DNA of 12,930 nt. Origin: an uncultured archaeon (GTDB lineage Archaea > Iainarchaeota > Iainarchaeia > Iainarchaeales > JAGVWC01). Position numbers and translations under genes: made by a program. The stretch spans positions 1 through 12,930 of the forward strand of contig CAYOAS010000022.1 of the NCBI GenBank assembly GCA_964402015.1, in the 5' to 3' direction. Positions 6,831-12,930 of this stretch are shown here, in pieces. The notes under the pieces were generated by a model, which saw nothing but the letters and a program-made list of their open reading frames with translations, made no database searches and was not told the DNA's origin. Within the stretch, counting starts at the first letter, position 1. The number at the start of each line of letters is the position of its first letter.

Positions 6831-6842
6831 AAGTGGTAATTG

Positions 6843-7838
6843 ATGGCAAAACGATTGGGCCAACTGGAAAGCTATAAGGTAAAACAATGGATTTTTGTCC
6901 TTATTGCAATACTGGTTTGTGCAATAATTTATCTTTCCATGGCAAACCAGGAAACAATTGTCCCGCTTGTTCTGGTTCTTGCACTTTCGGCAATAGCTCT
7001 TTTTTTAGTAAAACAATACGATTTTTTGCTTACACTAAAGGAATACGAACGCGCTGTAATTTACCGCTTTGGCCATGTGAACAGGGTTGGCGGGCCAGGC
7101 TGGACTTTAATGTTGCCACTGATTGAATCTTTCAAGCTCGTTGATTTGCGCACAAGCACTATCGACATTCCCGAACAAGAAGTAATAACCAAAGACAAGA
7201 TTGTAACAAAGGTTGACGCAATTGTTTATTTGTACGTAAAGCCTGACAGCAGTTCTGTAACGCACAGCGTTATTGAAATTGATGATTACAGAAAGGCAGC
7301 GGAATTGTTTGTTCTTTCTTCAATCCGCGATGTTGGCGGAACAATGACCTCGAGCGAACTGATTTCAAACACAGCAGAGCTTAACACAAAAGTAAAAGAA
7401 AAAGTTTCCCAGATTGCCGACAGTTGGGGCGTTACAATTGAAAGCGTTGAAATCAGCAGCATAAAATTGCCAGAAACAGTTGCAAGCGCAATGCACGAGC
7501 AAAAAGCAGCAGAGCAAAAAAAGCTCGCGCGAATGGAATCAGCGCTCGCAAACCAAGCAGAAATAGACGCAGTAAGGACAGCAGCAGACCAGTTAAGCGA
7601 CAAGGCGCTTGCCTATTATTACATTCGCGCTTTGGAAAAGCTTGGAGAAGGGCCTTCAACAAAATTCATTTTTCCAATGGAATTAAGCAAGCTTGCTGAA
7701 CAGCTTGCGGGCAGAGTAAAAAGCGGTGTTTCATCTGGAGATTCTGAAATGGAAAAATTGTTCAAAAAATATGCGCCAGCAATAAAAGCCTTTGTTGAAA
7801 ACGAAAAAAAACAAAAAGGCAACGCAAAAAAGCGATGA
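6843..7838 (+). CDS. SPFH/band-7 (stomatin/prohibitin-like) membrane protein.
   Basis: There is an N-terminal TM helix. It is followed by YERAVIYRFGHVNRVGGPGWTLMLPLIESFKLVDLRTSTIDIPEQEVITKDKIVTKVDAIVYLYV, a canonical SPFH core. The C-terminus is coiled-coil-like and Ala/Glu/Lys-rich. The track start at 6840 is a TTG. The ATG at 6843 is preferred. Confidence 0.8.
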   Translation: MAKRLGQLESYKVKQWIFVLIAILVCAIIYLSMANQETIVPLVLVLALSAIALFLVKQYDFLLTLKEYERAVIYRFGHVNRVGGPGWTLMLPLIESFKLVDLRTSTIDIPEQEVITKDKIVTKVDAIVYLYVKPDSSSVTHSVIEIDDYRKAAELFVLSSIRDVGGTMTSSELISNTAELNTKVKEKVSQIADSWGVTIESVEISSIKLPETVASAMHEQKAAEQKKLARMESALANQAEIDAVRTAADQLSDKALAYYYIRALEKLGEGPSTKFIFPMELSKLAEQLAGRVKSGVSSGDSEMEKLFKKYAPAIKAFVENEKKQKGNAKKR

Positions 7839-7850
7839 ATTTGCGCGACA

Positions 7851-7857
7851 GATTCTT
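7851..7857 (+). terminator. T7 run 13 nt downstream of the SPFH stop. It is an archaeal-type oligo-T terminator candidate.
   Basis: ttttttt lies immediately after the stop at 7836-7838. A 7-bp hairpin, aagcaat/attgctt, lies at 7931-7951 between the convergent genes. Confidence 0.35.
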
Positions 7858-7983
7858 TTTTTAGCCAATGCAATTAAGCAGTTCACTAAAGAACAATGGC
7901 TTAACGCTCTAGGCTTTAAGCTGAAGATAAAAGCAATATTGATTATTGCTTCTAAAACGCCGTGGAATTTATTCTATGGTTCT

Positions 7984-8823
7984 TCACACGTTGAGAATAA
8001 GGTATGCCTCAATTATTGCTGCTGCGAATAATACAATGAATGCTGTCACGACAAGCACTGCTGCATCCTTTAAGCAGTTTTCAAAAATGTTTTTTTTGTA
8101 TTTTCTCGTTATGCCAACGCTGATTATGCCGCCGGCAATTGCGCCAATAAAATAAGCTGTTATTTCCGGAATGCCGTGCGGCAGCAATCCAATCGCGCGC
8201 ATGCTTGCCCTCACGAGGTCTGTTGCAAGCAATTCTTTTCCAATTACAAGGCCAATCACTGAAGCATTCCATGCTATGAGAAAAATCGCGCCAACGCCAT
8301 ATGCAAAGCTGAAGAGTATTGCCCATAATAATACCATTGCGTTGTTGTAGAAAATGCAGTTAATTGCAAGGCCAAAAATGTCAGAGCTCTTGCACGCTGT
8401 TGCTAAAGCGCTTGTTTGTGTCGCGTTCCCGCGCAAATTGGTTATCTGAAGCCATGTTGTTTCCTGTTCCTTGAAAGCAAGGTCGCGTTGTGGTGCGGGC
8501 AAATAATAATACCAAAAAGCATAGCAGACAATCAAGCCAATGAAAAACCAGCTGTAGACTTCAATTATGTCAAAATGCCTTTCGAGGAACGTTAACGGGG
8601 GACCCGGGCATTTTTCCTCTTCTTTTTCTTCTTTGATAAAAATAGCGTAAAGCACTGGCACTATTGCCACTGTAACAAAAGCAATGCCTAAAACGCTTGC
8701 TGCGTTTGGAAAGGTTTGCAGGCTCGCGAAGATGCCGACAGTGCACAATACAAAGGCATTGACAAGCATTGCAATTGGGTGCCTTCTTGCAAAATTTGCC
8801 TTTAAAACAGATTCCAAAACCAT
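7984..8823 (-). CDS. SpoIIM/DUF95-family integral membrane protein.
   Basis: It is a multi-TM protein. Its C-terminal motif ...AIGLLPHGIPEITAYFIGAIAGGIIS resembles the hG.pE motif of stage II sporulation protein M-like proteins (DUF95). It has an ATG start at 8823. Confidence 0.45.
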   Translation of the reverse strand: MVLESVLKANFARRHPIAMLVNAFVLCTVGIFASLQTFPNAASVLGIAFVTVAIVPVLYAIFIKEEKEEEKCPGPPLTFLERHFDIIEVYSWFFIGLIVCYAFWYYYLPAPQRDLAFKEQETTWLQITNLRGNATQTSALATACKSSDIFGLAINCIFYNNAMVLLWAILFSFAYGVGAIFLIAWNASVIGLVIGKELLATDLVRASMRAIGLLPHGIPEITAYFIGAIAGGIISVGITRKYKKNIFENCLKDAAVLVVTAFIVLFAAAIIEAYLILNV

Positions 8824-8891
8824 TTTTTGCCCTTCCGCATAAACCAGTGTTTTTTTATAGTTTTCCTATCCTAAAAAATATGGAAAAGAAG

Positions 8892-8899
8892 TATTTAAA
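8892..8899 (+). promoter_or_regulatory. TATA-box-like element (tatttaaa) about 40 nt upstream of csl4, in a divergent intergenic region.
   Basis: It is an AT-rich octamer resembling the archaeal TATA consensus, at a suitable distance from the ATG at 8940. It has not been checked for a BRE. Confidence 0.3.
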
Positions 8900-8939
8900 C
8901 CCGCTCTTTTTTGCTGTTGTTTGAAAAAGGTTTTTTTTT

Positions 8940-9524
8940 ATGAGTCAAGACAAGGAAAGCGAAAGCAAAATGGTTTTTCCAGGCACATTCCTCGGGGCAG
9001 AAGAAGAATATCTTGCCGGAAAGAATGCTGGTGTTGATGATTATGGCAATATTGTCGCCTGCACTGTTGGAAAAAAGGAAACAATCGCGCGCAACCGCAG
9101 CATTGAAATAAAAAAGCCCGGCAAGAACGCTTTGCCTTTCGAGCCAAATGATATTATCCTTGGCAGGATTTCTCTTGTAAAAGAGAACAGTGCAATGGTT
9201 GAAATTGACAGCGCAGAGCGCAACGGAATGGAAAAAAAGATTTTGCGCGGAGTTGCGGCAATAATGATCAGAATGGTTGACGCTGGTTTTGTAAGGCAAT
9301 TGTCGGACAAATTTCGCATTGGCGATATTGTAAAGGCAAAGATTGTTTCAGTTAGTTCCTGTGGCATCGATTGCAGCACTGCTGACGACAGGGAATTTGG
9401 GGTAATAAAGGCTTTCTGCAAAAAATGCAGGCAGCCGTTGCAATTGTTTGGAATGCAGTTGAAATGCCTTAATTGTGGCAATACTGAAACGCGGAAGATT
9501 TCAAGCGATTATGTTTTGAAATAA
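8940..9524 (+). CDS. csl4: Exosome complex RNA-binding protein Csl4 (S1 domain plus C-terminal zinc ribbon).
   Basis: The N-terminus is VFPGTFLGAEEEYLAGKNAGVDDYGNIVA. An S1-like segment is GDIVKAKIVSV. The C-terminus is CKKCRQPL...LKCLNCGNTETRK (CxxC...CxxC). This is the archaeal Csl4 architecture. Confidence 0.7.
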   Translation: MSQDKESESKMVFPGTFLGAEEEYLAGKNAGVDDYGNIVACTVGKKETIARNRSIEIKKPGKNALPFEPNDIILGRISLVKENSAMVEIDSAERNGMEKKILRGVAAIMIRMVDAGFVRQLSDKFRIGDIVKAKIVSVSSCGIDCSTADDREFGVIKAFCKKCRQPLQLFGMQLKCLNCGNTETRKISSDYVLK

Positions 9525-9548
9525 TAAAATAAAATTTGAGGTGTTTTT

Positions 9549-9824
9549 GTGGAAATTGAAATAATCAAAAGCCAGCAGAATCACGCGGAATTCAAGATAA
9601 AGGGAGAAAGGCATACTTTGCCAAACCTGTTGCGCAACCGCCTGCTGAAAGACAGCAGCGTTGTTTTTGCAGCATACAAGCTTAAACACCCGCTCGACAA
9701 CGATTCTGTTTTTGTAATAACAACAAAAGGAAAAACCGCAAAAAAAGCATTGCAGGAAGCCTGCAACAAAATCGATTCCGAACTGGAAGAATTGCGCAAG
9801 GCAATAAAAAAAGCAATGAAGTGA
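9549..9824 (+). CDS. rpoL: DNA-directed RNA polymerase subunit L (Rpb11 homologue).
   Basis: The 91-aa product EIEIIKSQQNHAEFKIKGERHTLPNLLRNRLLKDSSVVFAAYKLKHPLDNDSVFVITTKG matches the RpoL/Rpb11 pattern. It has a GTG start with a GAGGTG Shine-Dalgarno sequence 8 nt upstream. Confidence 0.7.
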   Translation: MEIEIIKSQQNHAEFKIKGERHTLPNLLRNRLLKDSSVVFAAYKLKHPLDNDSVFVITTKGKTAKKALQEACNKIDSELEELRKAIKKAMK

Positions 9825-9852
9825 GCGCGAATTGTTTTACCTAAAGCCATTG

Positions 9853-10401
9853 ATGAGAACAATTGCTTTTGACGATGGTTATTTCAAACCCAAAAAAAAA
9901 GGCAAGGCGCTTTTGGTCGGCATTCTTTCCCGCTTTGACAACCACATTGAAGGAATTGTTTCCGCCAAAATTTCCGTTGACGGCTTTGACAGCACAAAAA
10001 AAATTTTTGGCTTGATAAAAAAAACGCGTTTTGGCGAACAAGCGCAGTTCATTCTGCTTAGCGGCTTGAACTTTGCGGGCTTCAACATTGTTGATGTGCT
10101 GCAATTGTTCAAGAAAACCAAAAAGCCAGTAATTATTATTTTTCGCAAAAAGCCCGATTTGAAAAAGTTTTTTTTGGCAATAAAAAAAACCAAGAGTGCA
10201 ATGAAGCGCCGGCAGCTTGTTTTGAAAGCCGGGGCAATTTATTCTGTTGGAAAGATTCATTTTCAGGCAATCGGAATTTGCAAAAGAGACGCCGCGCAAT
10301 TAATAAAAAGGCTTTGCGCCAACTCTAACTTGCCAGAGCCAATCAGGCTGGCGCACCTGGTTGCGAGCGGACTTTCTCTGGGGGAAAGCACGCGCCCGTG
10401 A
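9853..10401 (+). CDS. DUF99/UPF0215-family protein, a conserved archaeal protein of unknown function with an endonuclease-V-like fold.
   Basis: MRTIAFDDGYFKPKKKGKALLVGILSRFDNHIEGIVSAKISVDGFDSTKK matches my recollection of the UPF0215 N-terminal motif (G.DDG.F ... LVGV ... DG.D.T). The track start at 9832 is a TTG. The ATG at 9853 is preferred. Confidence 0.45.
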   Translation: MRTIAFDDGYFKPKKKGKALLVGILSRFDNHIEGIVSAKISVDGFDSTKKIFGLIKKTRFGEQAQFILLSGLNFAGFNIVDVLQLFKKTKKPVIIIFRKKPDLKKFFLAIKKTKSAMKRRQLVLKAGAIYSVGKIHFQAIGICKRDAAQLIKRLCANSNLPEPIRLAHLVASGLSLGESTRP

Positions 10402-11180
10402 AAATAAAAAGTTTAGTATTTGAAGAGTGGTTTTTTTTGGGCATAATGGACAAACTGAAATGGCTTGACCCGTTCACTTATGTGGATTTACTGCTTGAAA
10501 AATTCAATCCAAACCACAACAAAGTTGTTGACTGGTCTGTTTACCTTGTCAGCGCTTTCGTTTTTGCCTGGATATTGTACTCGCTTTTTGGCATTGCCTT
10601 TGGAACAAGCGCGCCATTCGTAATTGTTTTGAGCCCCAGCATGGAACCAGTATTATATCGGGGAGACATTGTTGTGATGGTTGGCGCGGCTCCTGAAACA
10701 ATAAAGGCGCAATCTACAATAATTGATTTTCCTTTGGGTGAAAAAGCATTTTGGGATTTTGGAAAAATAGCTTATGGCACTGACGAAAAGGGAAATCTTT
10801 TTGCAAAAAATATTTTTTTGAGCGAGCAACAGGTTTTTGACATTACAAAAGACGGGGACACGATTGTTTATTTTTCGCAGTACAGGCAGGAACCAATCAT
10901 TCACCGGGCAGTGCTGAAAATAATCGCTCCCGATGGAACTTTCATTATAACGAAGGGTGACAGCATTCACAATACGACAATTGACCAGGATTGCGGGCGC
11001 GTTATCAATGAAAGGCCGGAACGCGATTGCATTACTCTTTATCCAATAACTGCAAAAGACATTCAGGGAAAAATGTTGTTCAAAATTCCCTTGCTTGGAT
11101 ATGTCAAGCTGTTGATTTTTGATGACATTCCACAGCTCTTGTTCGGCTGCCCGAAAGGAAGGGTTTGCTATTTTCCGTAA
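10398..11180 (+). CDS. Signal peptidase I (S26B, Sec11-type archaeal signal peptidase).
   Basis: A TM helix is followed by VLSPSMEPVLYRGDIVV (catalytic Ser box), IIHRAV (His box) and ITKGDSIHN (conserved Asp box). The GTG start overlaps the upstream stop in GTGA. An alternative ATG start lies at 10446. Confidence 0.6.
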   Translation: MKIKSLVFEEWFFLGIMDKLKWLDPFTYVDLLLEKFNPNHNKVVDWSVYLVSAFVFAWILYSLFGIAFGTSAPFVIVLSPSMEPVLYRGDIVVMVGAAPETIKAQSTIIDFPLGEKAFWDFGKIAYGTDEKGNLFAKNIFLSEQQVFDITKDGDTIVYFSQYRQEPIIHRAVLKIIAPDGTFIITKGDSIHNTTIDQDCGRVINERPERDCITLYPITAKDIQGKMLFKIPLLGYVKLLIFDDIPQLLFGCPKGRVCYFP

Positions 11181-11264
11181 GGGCTTATTATAAAAAAAGT
11201 TTTTTTGTGCAGTTTCCTTTAAAAATTTGTTGAACCAAAGAATCTGAATCGAAATGGTGAAAGA

Positions 11265-12014
11265 ATGGTAGAACTTGTTTTGGAGAATGCTGCTGTGTTC
11301 AAGAAGTGCATTGATGCTATTTCTGTTTTGATTGACGAAGCCGAGTTTATTATTGACAAGGATGCTGTGCGCCTGAAGGCAACTGACCCTTCGCAGATTT
11401 CAATGGTTGATTTTGTATTGGAAAAAAGCGCTTTCAAGCATTACCGCGTTGAAAACCTTACGAAAATCGGATTGGATTTGGATTATTTGTCGCAGGTAAT
11501 GAGCCGCGCTGGTTCAAGCGATGAATTAATGCTTTCGCTTGACGAGGCAAAATCGCGGTTGATTGTTTCTTTCAATGGAACTTCAAAACGCAGCTTTTCC
11601 GTTCCATTGATCGATGTCAGCGCCGCGGAACTGCCGACGCCAAAAATAGAGTTTGATTCAACAATAAAAATGTTGGCGGGAATTTTCCAGGACGGCTTGA
11701 AGGATGCTGTGCTTATTAGCTCGCACATTACTGTTGGGGTAAGCGATGACAATTTTTTCCTTAAAGCTAATTCAAGCAAGGGCAGTGTTGAAAACACGAC
11801 AAGCAACAAGGAAAAAGGCATTATTGATTTCAAGGCAACAAAAGAATGCACAAGCATGTTTCCGCTTGATTACCTGACTGACATGTTAAAGGTTGCAAGC
11901 TCTGACAATGAAATAACAGTTTACCTGAAAAACAATGCCCCCATAAAAATTTCTTATTTGATTGGCAAAGCGCAGATAACTTATTTCCTTGCGCCGCGCA
12001 TAGAAACAGAATAA
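11265..12014 (+). CDS. pcn: DNA polymerase sliding clamp (PCNA).
   Basis: The product is 249 aa. FKKCIDAISVLIDEAEFIIDKDAVRLKATDPSQISMVDFVLEKSAFKHYRVEN...IGLDLDYLSQVM matches the archaeal PCNA N-domain. Its length and two-domain repeat are typical. Confidence 0.8.
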   Translation: MVELVLENAAVFKKCIDAISVLIDEAEFIIDKDAVRLKATDPSQISMVDFVLEKSAFKHYRVENLTKIGLDLDYLSQVMSRAGSSDELMLSLDEAKSRLIVSFNGTSKRSFSVPLIDVSAAELPTPKIEFDSTIKMLAGIFQDGLKDAVLISSHITVGVSDDNFFLKANSSKGSVENTTSNKEKGIIDFKATKECTSMFPLDYLTDMLKVASSDNEITVYLKNNAPIKISYLIGKAQITYFLAPRIETE

Positions 12015-12095
12015 AATTGAGGACTATTAGTTTTTTTTCTTTGCAAACAATTATATTTTTAACAGATTCAGAATTTGTTTTTTTCGGGTGTGCAA

Positions 12096-12575
12096 ATGAT
12101 TTGTTTTATTGCGCTATTTGTTTTTGCAATTCTGGCGATTTTCTCTGCAAGATACAGGCCGTTTGCTTTGGAAGCATTCGACTGCGTTTTCCGCAGGGTA
12201 ACATTGCGCCCGTGCACAACTGGCTTTGACAAGAAAATGAAAATGCGCATCAGCACAAGGCTATTGGCAAAAAACCCGTGCTTGGGAAAGTTTGTGAACA
12301 AGCACTTCGAGGCTATTTCTTGGTTGCTGACAATAACAATGATAGCCAGCTTTTTTTATGCTGCTCTTGGAGTTTACAACTGGTGGGCATTCGGCAACTG
12401 CAACGGCCCGAATAGCAATGCTGCCTGCATATTAAATGACCTCACTGGCAAAAACGAGCCGCTGGGCTGCGAATGCGATGTAAATGGTTGCACCCAACAG
12501 GATATAGCCTATTGCAATGGCGACTGCAATTGCCTTTCGAGCCTCTGCCTGCAACAGGCAATATATCCAAAATAA
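12096..12575 (+). CDS. Hypothetical membrane protein with 3 predicted TM helices and a Cys-rich C-terminal extracytoplasmic tail.
   Basis: The ORF is preceded by the TATA-like ttatattttt at about 12050-12059, which makes the ATG at 12096 likelier than the upstream ATG at 12075. The C-terminus GNCNGPNSNAACILNDL...GCECDVNGCTQQDIAYCNGDCNC contains 11 Cys. No family is recognised. Confidence 0.4.
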   Translation: MICFIALFVFAILAIFSARYRPFALEAFDCVFRRVTLRPCTTGFDKKMKMRISTRLLAKNPCLGKFVNKHFEAISWLLTITMIASFFYAALGVYNWWAFGNCNGPNSNAACILNDLTGKNEPLGCECDVNGCTQQDIAYCNGDCNCLSSLCLQQAIYPK

Positions 12576-12579
12576 TTTT

Positions 12580-12652
12580 TGCCCGCACGGGCAGCAAGAG
12601 CTTTGCCTATAAAGTCAATCTTGCCCACAAAGTCAAAAAATTGCCCACAAAA
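12580..12652. repeat. Short palindrome (tgcccgcacgggca) followed by 2-3 imperfect direct repeats of AAAGTCAA-N-TTGCCCAC. It is a candidate operator or regulatory array, or a terminator.
   Basis: ttgcccgcacgggca lies at 12579-12593. aaagtcaatcttgcccac lies at 12611-12628. aaagtcaaaaaattgcccac lies at 12629-12648. The region sits between the stop at 12575 and the next ATG at 12782. Confidence 0.4.
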
Positions 12653-12781
12653 CTAATAATATTTATTTTATGCGATTTTTTGTTTATGCTTTTTGCCCAA
12701 ATGTTTTGCGATTGACCTAAGCGAAGCCTCAATAATCTTTATGTCACACTTAAACGGAGCAACGTTGAAACAACGTTTAGC

Positions 12782-12930
12782 ATGATTAAAGCAAAGTTCA
12801 ACGACCTAATAAAAAACAAAAAACCGACAGCGCAGGTAAACGAATTGCTTTGTAAAATATTATGCCATAATATTGTTGTTTTAATTCACGAAATGCACGA
12901 ATTAAATATTAACCCTCAATTTGAGCAAAA
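12782..12930 (+). CDS. Start of an unknown ORF (MIKAKFNDLIKNKKPTAQVNELLCKILCHNIVVLIHEMHELNINPQFEQ...) that runs off the window.
   Basis: It is an open frame from the ATG at 12782 to the window end. No family is recognised from 49 aa. Confidence 0.3.
   Translation, partial: MIKAKFNDLIKNKKPTAQVNELLCKILCHNIVVLIHEMHELNINPQFEQ

Noticed and set aside
6887-8326. Short ORFs overlapping the SPFH and SpoIIM-like genes on other frames or strands.
   Set aside because: They are embedded in better-supported genes and have low-complexity or Cys/Arg-rich artefactual composition.
9041-10299. Minus-strand ORFs of 146, 152, 104 and 93 aa across csl4, rpoL and DUF99.
   Set aside because: They are antisense to genes with clear family signatures.
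12580-12652. A possible CRISPR array.
   Set aside because: There are only 2-3 short imperfect repeats with 1-8 nt between them. They lack uniform spacers and a leader, so they are not CRISPR-like.

Overview
This window is an AT-rich stretch of a small archaeal chromosome; the low GC and compact genes suggest a DPANN-like archaeon, which is an inference. The gene order on the plus strand unless noted is as follows.

1. A LonB-type Lon protease encoded as two adjacent genes overlapping by 8 nt, with intein sequence at two sites. Gene 1 opens with an orphan intein C-terminal half, continues with a 70-aa Lon Walker-B segment, and ends with the N-terminal part of a second, large intein that carries a LAGLIDADG homing endonuclease. 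Gene 2 opens with the matching 40-aa intein C-terminal half, followed by the Lon C-terminal AAA+ and Ser-Lys protease domains. No Lon N-terminus (Walker A, TM helices) is encoded upstream.
2. A small very basic orphan protein.
3. A DUF373-like membrane protein on the minus strand.
4. An IS200/IS605-family element with a 45-aa ribbon-helix-helix gene translationally coupled to an intact tnpB, matching subterminal hairpins at both ends, and a presumed omega-RNA.
5. An SPFH/stomatin-family protein.
6. A SpoIIM/DUF95-like membrane protein on the minus strand.
7. An information-processing cluster: csl4 (exosome), rpoL, a DUF99/UPF0215 protein, signal peptidase I (Sec11-type) and PCNA.
8. A Cys-rich membrane protein.
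9. The start of an unknown gene at the right edge.

The most unusual item is the fragmented, split-intein-like organisation of lon, which is a candidate three-piece trans-spliced protease. The second is the RHH-TnpB pair.
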